Shown here: piece by piece, positions 38,930-50,131 of the stretch
How positions within the stretch are numbered: the stretch's first letter is position 1
Layout: every line of letters begins with the position of its first letter
Assembly (NCBI RefSeq): GCF_000315625.1
Contig: NW_005434649.1
Span: forward strand, 124,001 to 188,000
Direction: 5' to 3'
DNA length: 64,000 bases
Source of the DNA: Guillardia theta CCMP2712
Lineage: Eukaryota > Protista > Cryptophyta
Notes under the pieces: generated by a model
The model's database searches: none
What the model was told of the DNA's origin: nothing
Seen by the model: only the letters and a program-made list of their open reading frames with translations
Program-made: the position numbers and the translations under genes

Positions 38930-39697
38930 ATGGATCTGCGTATGAATCTATTCCCCGATGAGCACGGCAGACCAGAAGGTAGTAGTTTTTTTTATCGAGA
39001 CTGTAGAGGCTCACAGTTTCCAGGTGAAATGGATATGATCAAAACGCGGGATGAAACCAAGAGGGTCACAATTGCGGAGGAAGTGTTGGAGCTCGGTTCA
39101 TCAGAGGCTTCTTCTCCGGTTATCAAGAAGTTTGGAGTTTCAAGCCCTTCAAGCACAAATGCCGACATGGACGAAGGAACAATTGCGATAGCCAAGATAG
39201 AGAGAAGGCTGAAGAAGAATATCCCAAACGACGAGCGCAAGAAGCTCGAAGCTGAGAAAGAGTCACTTCTTTCCCGTAGGAACCGTGGGACAGCTCCTGG
39301 AGAAACTCCGAACATGCCAGCGAGGTCGGGACAGGTTAGGAGGAAAGTGGGGAATGTTGCGATGCATGTGGAGGAAAGTCAGGAAGGGAAGAAGGACAAG
39401 CGGTCGAAGGCAGCAGCAGCACCTCCTGCTCATCCCAAGACGATGGCGCGAATGAAGGATTGGAAGCGAGAGATCGAAAGACGGATGATCGAGCAAGAAC
39501 AGATAGACTCGTCCACGACCAAAGAGGACTCGGACTGGTTGAAAGCTGTTGACGGGCCTGTCTCTCAAGTTGTGGATTTCTTCAATGAGTTTGTTGATGG
39601 CATGAAACAAGCCATCGGGATGTCTGAACGCCCGCAAGAGACTCAACAGTCTCCGCCCCGAGCTCTTCCCGAGCAGACCTTCAGCCGGCGGCTATGA
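38930..39697 (+). CDS. Hypothetical charged/coiled-coil protein (up to 255 aa)
   Basis: Long ORF with protein-like composition, convergent with the MFS gene across a 71-bp gap. The true start may be further downstream or spliced. Confidence 0.6.
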   Translation: MDLRMNLFPDEHGRPEGSSFFYRDCRGSQFPGEMDMIKTRDETKRVTIAEEVLELGSSEASSPVIKKFGVSSPSSTNADMDEGTIAIAKIERRLKKNIPNDERKKLEAEKESLLSRRNRGTAPGETPNMPARSGQVRRKVGNVAMHVEESQEGKKDKRSKAAAAPPAHPKTMARMKDWKREIERRMIEQEQIDSSTTKEDSDWLKAVDGPVSQVVDFFNEFVDGMKQAIGMSERPQETQQSPPRALPEQTFSRRL

Positions 39698-39768
39698 TAG
39701 CTCAGCATTGCGACGGTTACAATCGTCGCCAATCATTTACAAAGAATAAATGCTTCAGTGATCGCCTT

Positions 39769-41446
39769 TCAAACCTCGTGCGGGTCCGCGAGCACATCGG
39801 ACTCGGCAAGCTTTGTCCTCGCAGAGTATGAGGGCTCGTCGTGGGAGAAGACGTGAGAGAGCGGCACTCCGGTCATGTCGACCCTCAGGAAGAACGCGGC
39901 GACAAGGAGCACAAGAGCGTAGGAGAGAGCATAGGAGAGTAGGGAGGCAGAGACGGAATAGTGCAGGAAAGCTCCCCCAAGGTACGAGACGAGAATGCCG
40001 GAGATCCTGGCGATCGCCGAGCAGACGCCCATGGCGCTTGTGCGGAGCTGTGTTGGGAAAATCTCCGGAGTGTAAGTCTGGGCACGATGTCAGGGAAAGA
40101 GGAGGAATGAGCTTGCCGCTCACGTAGATCACAGCCCAGAGCGCAGCGGTGTTGAAATTGAGGACGAGGGTGAAAAGAACCATAGCTTGCGCCTGCTCAA
40201 ACAGCGCGACGCCTGAGATGCTCAGGAAGCACCTGAGGTATCCAGTCAATCCTTGCCATCCTTCATACCTCAGCGGCTGCTACCCCAGAGAGAAGAGGAT
40301 GATGAGGACTCTGCGGCCCCAGCGCTCGACGAGAAAGGTGGCAGAGAGGGTTCCAGGGATCTGGCATGCCACAGAAGTAAAGAGGGCTTGATAAGAGTTC
40401 TGCCATGCATCTATCATGAGCGTCCAAGGGAGGAAGAGGAGGAGAGCACCTGGGGTTTGAACCCTCTTGCATCGAAATAGCTGGGCCCCCACACGTTGAA
40501 CCCGTAAAAGCCGTAGGAGAGAGCGAACCACAGGCAGGACGTGGCGACAAGACGATCCCTGACATGAGGAGCAGACAGGCTCTTGATGACGACACGTAAA
40601 GGAATCTTGTCAGTCTTCTTGATGCTGCCGCCTTCTCCCAGCAGCTCCTGGTTGTACCCGTTGAACCTCGCTACCTCCTTCAGCACCCGCAGGCTCTCCT
40701 CGTCTCGACCTGTCTCTGCGAGGAAGTAAGGGGATTCCAACATCTGGGAGCGGAAGAATGCTATGATGATCCCGGGGCAGGAGCAGAGGATCAAAAATGT
40801 TTGCCAGCCGGCAGTTTCTAGCAGGGCCCAGGCCAGCCCGGACGCAGTGAGACTGCCAACAGTGGCAAAGATGGTCAGGAGAGTCGTCGCCTTCCCCCTC
40901 GAGCATGTCGGCACAAACTCCATGAAGAGACTGAAATCGATCGCAAGGTTCCCCCCCAGACCGAATCCCTGGAGGAACCTCCACAGCACCAGGCTCTCCA
41001 CGTTCGATGCCGTCGCTGCCAGCATGCCGAAAAATCCCGCCCACAGGCTAGTCAGCTGCCAGCACGATCAGGTCCCCCTCAGTCTTCTCCGAGGTTCATA
41101 CCGTGAAGGAAATTTTCCTTCCCTTCCGATCGCTCATGACGCCCCACACGAGCGAACCCAGCAGCATGCCGATGAAGGTGAAGGAGGCGGCGAGTCCAAG
41201 GCCAGCGCTGCTCACCCCCCACTCGCGCTTCAACTTCGGTATCAGAAAGGACAAGGCCTGAATGTCCATGATGTCGGCAGCCCATCCAGCTCCACATAGC
41301 ACGAGGAGACGAGCCTGATACCTTCCGAACCCGATGCGATCGACAATGCGGTCGACTGTTACATCCTCGTCCTGCTTGCGCGGAGGCTCTTCCTGCTCCC
41401 CGTTCACTGCATGCAGCGCCACTCCCTCCGTGTGCTCTCCACCCAT
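39769..41446 (-). CDS. MFS transporter, SV2/SVOP (NiaP)-like, multi-exon
   Basis: IGFGRYQ, GAGWAADIMD, SDRKGRK, RFLQGFGLGG, EFVP..RG, LESP, VERWGRR, E.FP...R..AMG motifs, with GT-AG introns. Confidence 0.9.
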
Positions 41447-41642
41447 CCTGACAGTTGTTAGGAGGAGAGCCCTTCACTCCTTCCTTGCCTCTCTCCTCTC
41501 CTCTCCTCTCCTCTCCTCTCCTCTCCCACTCGCTGTCCTCCTTCCCCCTTGTACCAAGAGATTGGGGGAGACGAGCAAGGGAGGGGTCTTTTAGGTAAGA
41601 AGGGGTGGTATCGTGGGTGGTATCAGGAAAATTTGTCGGGGG

Positions 41643-43186
41643 ATGATGCAGTGGAAGAGTAGGATGGTGGCGCTGTTGCTGGTGCTGGCTCAGCACAGCG
41701 TGAAAGTTTGTTCACACAAGCTGATGAGCTCCGAAGAGAAGCTGATGAGAGATCTTGCTGCTCTATGGCGAGTTGAGGTGACATGATACGTTTCCCTTGC
41801 ATGACCTGAGTTTGTTCGGGTTCTGCAAACCTGGTTTGCAGGAGTGGGAGGGAGAGGACATCTGCAGTTGGAGTGGAGTGACATGTAAAGAGATCGAAGT
41901 GAAAGGTAAGTCTGCTATCAACTTTGTTCAGTTCTTGTATGCTGCCAACCTTTTCTCTGATCATTATTCATGTACTGATCGAGATGATTCCCTTTGCTCA
42001 AGGTTTGGCGGGAACTTCTCAACAGCAGGCGATACAATCCATAAGAGTGTCAGGAGTGTGCCAGCACTTTGATGACGAGAGCACATGTGTCCTCCCCTCG
42101 TACATCACCAAGTTTCGAGCGATAGGTGACCATGAGGATTGAACTATGTACTCCATTGACGCAAGGGTTTCCTCGTAGAACACTTGTACCTGGCGGGGAA
42201 CGGATTTTATGGCTCTATCCCTGCCGATATTGGCAGTGTATCAAGCCTCAAGTCACTCTTCCTCAACTCAAACAAGTCTGTTCGTGTTCTTCTATTCTTC
42301 CTCGTGCTTGTCCGTTATCTCTTATCCTGTGTCCCTCGTTAGTCGCTTTCTCCCATTCCTCGCCTTTCCTCCTTGTTCTTGCTTGCTGTTCTCAGATGAC
42401 GCACTTTTAGTTTGGTCGGCGCAATTCCAAGCTCTATCGGGAAACTGAAAAATCTAGAGAAATTGCACCTCAACAGCAACAAGCTGAGCGGGAGCATACC
42501 GCGTGAAATAGGAGGAGCGACGAGCCTTCATCAGCTAGAGCTGTACTGAGCATGCTATCCTGTCCTGTCTTCTGAAGTCCTTGCAGGCAGCAGAACGAGT
42601 TGACTGGAAGTATACCTGACACCATCGGCGAGTGAGTAGAAGAGACTCGGACTCTCCACCGCTCCCCCTGACGTCCTTGACAAGGCTCAAGTCTCTAGTC
42701 CAGCTGGATCTCAACGAGAATGAGCTGGAGGGAGAAATCCCACCCGCGCTGGGGGCCTTGAAGGAGCTTCACAGGCTGTTCCTGGCAGACAACCTCCTAC
42801 ATGGAGATATCCCGGCCGAGCTCCTGGGGCCGCACATGGTGCATCTGAAGAAAGTTGACCTGAGCAACAACAAGCTCAAGGGCTTCGTCCCTCTTGGCGT
42901 TTGTAAGCTGGGAGATCTCATTCTGCTGAGACTGTCGGGGAATGCCGAGCTCGAAGGAAACGTCCCTGAGTGTGACGCTCCGTATGGACCTTACGCAGAT
43001 GAAGAGAACAAGAAACATTGCAAGAGTCAGGTGAGAGGAATGTGGATTGAGGAAAGGCAGCCTGCCATGATGATCTGTGATGTAGTTGTTGACGACCATG
43101 AGCATCGTCGTCATGACCCTTCGAGCTCATCCTGTTTGCAGATCAAAGACATGTGCCGGGGATTATCGAGGCACGACGAGTTCTAG
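41643..43186 (+). CDS. Plant-type extracellular LRR protein with signal peptide and C-terminal HDEF (ER-retention-like), multi-exon
   Basis: Signal MVALLLVLAQHSVKVCS, LRRNT cap CSWSGVTC, repeats LxxLxLxxNxLxGxIP, ends RHDEF*. Confidence 0.85.
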
Positions 43187-43393
43187 CTTCTTTCAAGATG
43201 TATCCTCTTGTATTATACAAACGCCAGCAAACATGCGCGTGCGTCCATCTTGACATATGCTACTGCGAGCCCCTCAGGTGCCACGTTTGAAAACTCCAGC
43301 TGAGAAGAGCCGATGAAACATGACCCTCTTCTCGTTCCATCGGCTCAGCGGTTGTCAATCGCTTGGCGATAAGCGCTTGCCATCGAGACTGAC

Positions 43394-45413
43394 TCACGCC
43401 TCGTGATCGTGGAAGTCCCAGCCCTTCAGCTGCAAAGATCCGTCAGACCTCAGCAGGAGCCCAGCAATGCGTTCACCTTCTTGGCTGAGCCGCTCTGACC
43501 AGCGTCCAGATGCATCTCGTTGTCTGCTGGAGGCTCCTTCTCCTTGGCGCTGCTCATCATGCTGATCATGCTGCTCCCGAGTAAGGGAAAGAGCGCGCCA
43601 GTCACTTCCATGGCGTGAAGACGGCAAGAGGAGCGAACCTGTGGCACACCGCCTCGACCCCAAGGGCAGGCGACCAGTCGTCATAGATGATGCTGAGGCA
43701 GATGTGGCCGTTGGTGTAGATGTGAGGATGGATGGGACAGTGATGCTTTTCCTCTCGTCAGCTCAGGGTCGATGCAGCAAGAATTTCACCTTCCTCGTGC
43801 CCCAGCGCGCGGGCCATTCACCTCCCTTACGCTGTGATGGGCAGTCGCCGGACGCGCACTGCAGTGGAATGGGAGGATGAGAAGTAGAAGCAGGTAGAGG
43901 TAGTTGGAAGAAAAGACAATAGGAGCAGGAGCAGAAAGAGTGTTGGTTAAGGTCCTCACAGTTGTGGGAGCTTCAGGTAGGGGCCAGCCCGGAACTTGAA
44001 CGACGAATGTGACCTTTTGTAACATGTCAAGAAGACTCTTTCTGTCTCTTTCACAAGCACAAGTCACCTCTGGAGGTTCGGTGGGATATTTCTCGTCGAA
44101 TCCAAACCTGCCGTGATGCAACAAGTAAACAAGGTGTGAAAGATTGATTTCCTTCAAGATAGTGAAAATGAGATTGAAGCAGATTGTGTTGCAGAGTTGT
44201 CAACGAGACGATATATGAACAATCTTGGGTTTGCTATGAAAACTTCAGACCTGAGCTTGAATTTCTCTCCCTGCCACAACTTCGTCAAGAAATCCAAAGA
44301 GAGTGGTGAAGGAGGAAGTGGAACCTCATAGAAAGAGCCTTTTGCGCCCTCGATTGTGACATACCACTCAAAGATGTTGTCATTGACCTGCTCACAGCGT
44401 CATTCTCATCGGCTACATAGTCGGAACTCCAAACTACCAGCTCAACTTCGAAACTTCCAGAGCTCTGCACCCCCGACGTCAGTTTCATCCAGTGAGAAGC
44501 AAGGACAAGAGCTTGCCTGGATGGCGATCAGCTCCTTTTGCAATCTTTTCACAACGTTTCCTGATGTGCCAGTCCACCTGTACGATAGTGAATTCTCCGC
44601 TGATCCTTTCGGCAACCCTCCACACACACAAGCACTCACTTCTGTGTTGCCAACTTGTGGATTTTTTTGTTCTCCCCGGCAGAGGAAGTGCCCTTATGGC
44701 TCTTCTCCAACTTCTTCTGGTACGCTGCGAGCTCTTCGTCTTCCTCCTCCACAAAATGCTTCTTGTTGTCCTCTTCCTCCTGCTGCTCCTCCACTTGGAT
44801 TGAAGCCCTGAAGAGAGCTTCGCTGACTCGCGCAGGGGTCAGGCCCAGACCTCCCTTGCTCTCTGCCTTGGACAAGTGCTCCTTCATCTCATTTGTGGAC
44901 AGCTTGTCCTTGTTCTCGTTGAGGAAAGAAACAGCCTTCGCAACCTGCACTTCTGTCCCCCTCATGTACCTCAACAGGTATGTGACGGGATTCGCAAAGA
45001 AAGTTGGGCCCTGGGAGATGAAGTAAAGGAGCTTTCTGTCCACCATGTTTGATTTCTTGACATGTCTGCTTGTGATCTTCCTGCATATCTCTAAATCTTC
45101 TTCCACCGTGTGTTGTACCTTTTCACGCCACCCGATGGCCAACTTGACGAATTTCCAGAGCCCGTTCCCCATGATGCTCTGACCCATCTTGTCTATGTCA
45201 TCGAAAATTCCCTCTCCTCCTCTCATCCTCAACACTGAAGGTCTCCCAATCGCGCATTGATCTCCCTGCAGAGTTTCTGCTGTTCTACCATGCACATTCC
45301 GACCTCCCAGTCTGGGGTGTGAGTGAAGGTTGGTGTCGACGCGAAGTTTGAGAGGTGGTCCCGAATGTGACCAAGACATGGAAGAAGAGGAGGCGATACT
45401 ACATGAGTATGAG

Positions 45414-45452
<39 letters not shown>

Positions 45453-45478
45453 TTCGCATCCTTGTTGAACTTCATCAT
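43394..45478 (-). CDS. Fusion protein: signal peptide + LRMRGG + Pex14_N-like domain + UBE2W-type ubiquitin-conjugating E2, multi-exon
   Basis: E2 exons give KRLQKEL, DNIFEWYV, FDEKYPTEPPEV, HPHIYTNGHICLSIIYDDWSPAL, SSAKEKEPPADN and WDFHD, all UBE2W hallmarks. Intron 44578-44639 (GTGAGT..TACAG) links these in frame to the upstream 297-aa ORF. Confidence 0.8.
45416..45451 (-). repeat. (ATG)12 coding microsatellite (poly-Met)
   Basis: (CAT)12 on the + strand, in frame at the N-terminus of the E2 fusion gene. Confidence 0.95.
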
Positions 45479-46115
45479 GATCTTCTCCCCCGCTGCCCCC
45501 TTGTTGTTACACAGACTGGGCGGATTCACACATAAAGGGGGTCCACCCCCTTTCCCTATTTCTTTTGTACCCTACCGTATCTATCATGTCGAAAATTACT
45601 GTACTCTAGGTGGTACTGAATACCACCCCTGGTAAGGTCTACCCCTGCCAAAAAGGTTCCACGTGAAACACTAGTGCCCCGGCCTTATCATTTCTCGATG
45701 CTCACAAATGGCGATGTCGAGCTCAGAGTTGAGACGACTCACAATCGGCGAGACGGCTGAGCAAGAAGTAACCAACTTGGTGTGGAGACGGTCAGCTCGC
45801 ATGATGAACGACTCAGGACAAGTTGACGAGTTGAAGGGGACGATGAAAGCATCGACGATCACGACAAACAATATCAGTGGAGTTCACCACCAGTGACGAT
45901 TATGACGGATCATTATCATGATGATGATGATGAGGAGGGAAAGAATGCTGCACCATAACGATTTGGATTACGACGACGAGGAGGACAGTGGGTCAGGCTC
46001 GAGGGGTAGTTTACTCAGATCGTATGTTCCATCGGCTGGGGATCCCAAGGGTCTCGTACAGTCAAGCTGAAGGTCGCGCAAGAGGATAAAAGATCAGGGG
46101 GGAGGAGGGGAGGAG

Positions 46116-46860
46116 AGAGCAGAGCAGAGCAGAGCAGAGCAGAGCAGAGCAGAGCAGAGCAGAGCAGGGAGGATGATAGAGCAGAGAACAACAAAGCAAA
46201 GGCGAGGAGAGAGCAGTTTGGATAAGAAGGCAGCAGGCACACGAGAGATCAGATCAGATCAGATCAGATCAGATCAGATCAGATCAGATCAGATCAGATC
46301 AGATCAGATCAGATCAGATCAGATCAGATCAGATCAGATCAGATCAGATCAGATCAGAGCAGTTAAGGGAGGATCAGCAGAGTAGAGCAGTTCAGATGCA
46401 GAACATTGTACAAAAAAAAGGAGGAACAAAGTAGCAAACCTTGGAGGAACAAGAGGAACAACAAAGCAAAGGCGAGGAGAGAGCAGTTTAGATAAGAAGG
46501 CAGCAGGCACACGAGAGATCAGATCATATGACCAGAGCAGAGCAGAGCAGAGCAGAGCAGAGCAGTCAAGGGAAGCGCAGCACAGCACAGCAGATGCTCA
46601 GTAGATGCAGATGCAAACGAGAGATCAGATCATATGACCAGAGCAGAGCAGTTAAGGGAGGATCAGCGGAGCGCAGCAGAGCAGATGCTCAGTAGATGCA
46701 GAGCAGTGAAGAGCAGATGCAGAGCAGATGCAGAGCCAAGATGCAGAGCAGTGAAGAGCAGTGAAGAGCAGTGAAGAGCAGTGAAGAGCAGTGAAGAGCA
46801 GTGAAGAGCAGTGAAGAGCAGTGAAGAGCAGTGAAGAGCAGTGAAGAGCAGTGAAGAACA
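46116..46860. repeat. Compound satellite cluster: (AGAGC)n, (AGATC)22 at 46246-46355, (GCAGTGAAGA)11 at 46748-46857, plus a duplicated segment of about 70 bp
   Basis: Directly visible. AACAACAAAGCAAAGGCGAGG...CACGAGAGATCAGATC occurs at about 46187 and about 46457. Confidence 0.95.
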
Positions 46861-47034
46861 GAGTGGAGACAAGAGTAGGCAAGAGGAGACAAGAGGAGAG
46901 GACGGGAGAGGAGAGCGGGATGGCGACTCTGGTTTAGCAGGCTGAGGTTGAAGCACACTGTTTATTATTTTTTAAAATACCAAGCAGCAGAAAGGGTAAC
47001 AAGAGATCTTTGGTCTTTTACCTTAGTGTTCCAA

Positions 47035-47532
47035 TTAAGAAAATTGGCCAATACGCCCCGTTACATCGTTCACGGGGCTAGAACAGACCCCCTCGATCTC
47101 CCACCACCCCTGCTCAACCCAGGCCAATAGAGGGTGGGTGAGCAGCGCCGCTGTGAGGTTACTTTCGATTTCCTCAAGGGGATCGGGTGTGGATTTTTTG
47201 ATAGGGGAGGAAATAGAAGAATCGAGAGGCTGACCCCCCTCCTCATCCTCGTTGTCTCGCTTCCGTTTGTTGCTGAGGGATGGGATCAGGCTGACCCTTG
47301 TTTGCCTGACCCTCCCTTCGACCCCTTCAGTCCCCCCAGCCTCCACCACCACCTCCCTCTGCTGCTGCTGCTGCGCTGCTACGTCAGGGCTGGTCTTCAC
47401 CTCCTCCTCCCTCACCTCAATCTCCTTGGTTTCCTTCTTGGTTTCCTCCTTGTTCTCCTTCATGATTTCCTTCACCTTCTCCTTGCCCTCCTCCTCGCCC
47501 CACGTCGCCCACTGCTCGCCCTCGCCGCTCAT
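47035..47532 (-). CDS. Hypothetical acidic protein with an NLS-like KRKR; the 3' end is uncertain and may splice across the satellite cluster
   Basis: MSGEGEQW... E/K-rich ORF preceded by a CTGAC..CGCAG acceptor. No recognisable domain. Confidence 0.5.
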   Translation of the reverse strand: MSGEGEQWATWGEEEGKEKVKEIMKENKEETKKETKEIEVREEEVKTSPDVAAQQQQQREVVVEAGGTEGVEGRVRQTRVSLIPSLSNKRKRDNEDEEGGQPLDSSISSPIKKSTPDPLEEIESNLTAALLTHPLLAWVEQGWWEIEGVCSSPVNDVTGRIGQFS

Positions 47533-48151
47533 CCTCTCCCTTGTGCTCGCGCGCCTGCGGCACACTCAAGTCAGCCGAATGGGTGCGGACTGCCGTACAG
47601 CCTGTGACGGACCGTATATTGATAGTACGGACTGCCGTATACGTGACGGACTGCCGTATTTACCTGGCTAGAAAGTTCGACGTGCGCGGGACTTCAAGGT
47701 CGAAGTGGTCGATATCCCGCGGGATTTTTCCTATGCGGTCTCCTATGAAATGCGGTGGGCGGGGTGGGATGCCCCAGGCTCGTGCCTCTCGTGCCTCTTG
47801 GCAGCCCCCCCTGGCTTTTCAAGGCTTTTCCCTCTTTCCCTACCCTACCCCCTTGCCACAGTTGTTGAATACCACCCCACCCCATATTGAACGGGGAATA
47901 CCCCCACTTTGACCAGCACCCCCATTTGCACCCTACCCCACATCCTTCCTTGGTACCCTACAACATTTGTTTGAGGGTACACCACCTCCTGTCACCTATG
48001 CAAATTTCAATCAAATGCACCGGTGCAACAAGTACCCCCACCCCCACTCCTTCTTCCTCTTCGGGCCCGCGCAAGTACCGTGCCACTACTGGAATAAGGG
48101 CAGGAGGGGAGTAATCATAATTGGACTGCCGCAAGAGACTTCTAGACCTTG

Positions 48152-48180
48152 TACTAATTTTTAACTTAACTTTGAGTAAA
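48152..48180 (+). promoter_or_regulatory. Copy of the conserved 29-bp intergenic element
   Basis: TACTAATTTTTAACTTAACTTTGAGTAAA, one mismatch to the 63871 copy. Function unknown. Confidence 0.5.
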
Positions 48181-48313
48181 GAACCTAAAAAGGGCTCTTG
48201 TCAACCTCTCTCGCTTTCCCACGCCGAATGCCGTGGCACAGTGCCCAGCTGAGGCGCACACAAGTTCCTCTTGAGTTGGTGTGAGCCTTTCATCTGATGA
48301 GAAGCAGCCTTAC

Positions 48314-50131
48314 ATGAATACTTCCAACATCGCTCTACGCGCTGCTCTTGTAGGGTTTCTGCTTGGTTCACTGCTCTCCTGGATTTACCATGACTATCAA
48401 GACCGCTTGCCTATGGTACAATGTGATGCTTGCGAAAGAAAGCTTTGTGAGCACGAATTGAAGAAGGATAATGCGACTAATGTTCTGAGAAGAAACTCAG
48501 CTGCTCGCAATACAACTGTGGCACATGTCATAAGAACTGGAACCTCGCCAAGTCACAACGCCAGTAGGATCAATACAACCTCGCCAAGTCACAACGCCAG
48601 TAGGATCAATACAACCTCGCCAAGTCACAACGCCAGTAGGATCAATACAACCTCGCCAAGTCATAACGCCAGTAGGATCAATACAACCTCGCCAAGTCAT
48701 AACGCCAGTAGGATCAATACAACCTCGCCAAGTCATAACGCCAGTAGGATCAATACAACCTCGCCAAGTCATAACGCCAGTAGGATCAATACAACCTCGC
48801 CAAGTCATAACGCCAGTAGGATCAATACAACCTCGCCAAGTCATACCGCCAGTAGGATCAATACAACTCGCGAGAAAAAAATGAAAGATACCAGTAAGCC
48901 GATACCCTCTGTAAACACAAATGAATTCTTCATCACTTGGGAAGAGGAATCAAGAGAATTTCAGAGTATGTACGAAGGAGATCGCGGGCCCGGTAGGATC
49001 CAGCCGGTAAATATCTCGGGTTTTGTTGATCAATCACTGTATACTGCCAAGCATTCGCTATGCTTTTACCTGCAGAGCTCAGCAGGACATCGGGATTGCC
49101 GCTTTCAGAAGAAACTGCGGTTCACGCGCATAGTTGATGGCATGTTGTACACTTGCGATGACGTTTACGAATCGCCTGATAGACAGGAGTGCACGAAACG
49201 ATTTGAAGGCAGGTTACCAGTCTTGCGTCTCAAGGGTCCCACGTATCTGTTTTCTCGCACTACTCACTTTCCGCACCTTCTTGAGGAGGTTGCTGACGCC
49301 GCGCTTTGGCTCCACAAGCACAACATGTCTTACTTTTCTCATGTTCTGATCGATCATATGGGAGGTACATGTGACACCTTCAGGAGTTACCATAGTGGAG
49401 GCTGGGCTCCGACAGGCTCCCCAATTTCTTCCTCGCTTCAGTTCGCCATGCTATCCACCATATCGAGGGGCATCGTATTCGCTTGGGGGGTACGGGAGCA
49501 TCGCACAGTGTGTGTCGATGCTCCTTGGAGACGGTACCCTGCCTTGAACCCAGACAAGTATCATTTCTTCGACCGGGACGCATCCAACAAACCGTCAATC
49601 TGTGCTAGGTTTCGCAGGAGGATCACGGATCACTTTGGAATATCTGCCAACCTTGCTTCGCGAAGGCCACCTCAGGTTCTGATTTTGCAGAGAACCTCCG
49701 GCGGACGCAGGATAACCAATCTCAAGGATGTCGTCAAGTTATCCTTGTTCAGCCAATACAAGGCAGACGTCAGATTCGTTGAGTTCGCCAAGGGGAAGAC
49801 TTGGTCTCCTAAGGCGCAGATTGAGTACTTCGCTCACACGGACATCCTGATAGCTCATCATGGTGCTGCAGTCTCCTTGTCGAGTGTGATGCAGCCTGGC
49901 AGTTTAGTCATCGAGATCTTCAATTATCGGTGTAAGTGCACATACTTCGACAGCCTCTATCACGGTTGCGGTCTGCTGAGTGAGAAAGTATTCAACCAAG
50001 GGGGTTCTGAATATGGCGTTGAACAATGCAGCGGAAACAACCGCAAGGACTCCAGCGACGACGCTGCAGTCAATGTCCATCGCATTTCCGAGATCTTGAC
50101 AAGTTACTTTAGACGCAAGTATGGACGGTAA
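48314..50131 (+). CDS. Type II membrane glycosyltransferase, family GT61-like, single exon
   Basis: N-terminal TM (ALVGFLLGSLLSWIY), repeat stem, then QR...RRITN, QIEYFAHTDILIAHHGAA and PGSLVIEIF GT61 motifs. Confidence 0.85.
   Translation: MNTSNIALRAALVGFLLGSLLSWIYHDYQDRLPMVQCDACERKLCEHELKKDNATNVLRRNSAARNTTVAHVIRTGTSPSHNASRINTTSPSHNASRINTTSPSHNASRINTTSPSHNASRINTTSPSHNASRINTTSPSHNASRINTTSPSHNASRINTTSPSHNASRINTTSPSHTASRINTTREKKMKDTSKPIPSVNTNEFFITWEEESREFQSMYEGDRGPGRIQPVNISGFVDQSLYTAKHSLCFYLQSSAGHRDCRFQKKLRFTRIVDGMLYTCDDVYESPDRQECTKRFEGRLPVLRLKGPTYLFSRTTHFPHLLEEVADAALWLHKHNMSYFSHVLIDHMGGTCDTFRSYHSGGWAPTGSPISSSLQFAMLSTISRGIVFAWGVREHRTVCVDAPWRRYPALNPDKYHFFDRDASNKPSICARFRRRITDHFGISANLASRRPPQVLILQRTSGGRRITNLKDVVKLSLFSQYKADVRFVEFAKGKTWSPKAQIEYFAHTDILIAHHGAAVSLSSVMQPGSLVIEIFNYRCKCTYFDSLYHGCGLLSEKVFNQGGSEYGVEQCSGNNRKDSSDDAAVNVHRISEILTSYFRRKYGR
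48541..48868 (+). repeat. 9 x 36-bp coding tandem repeat (TSPSHNASRINT)
   Basis: Directly visible. Copies 1-3 use CAC and copies 4-9 use CAT. Confidence 0.97.

Noticed and set aside
45671-46960. Small ORFs (62-97 aa), including RSDQI and LFTALHCSS repeats
   Set aside because: Translations of microsatellites, or too short to support.
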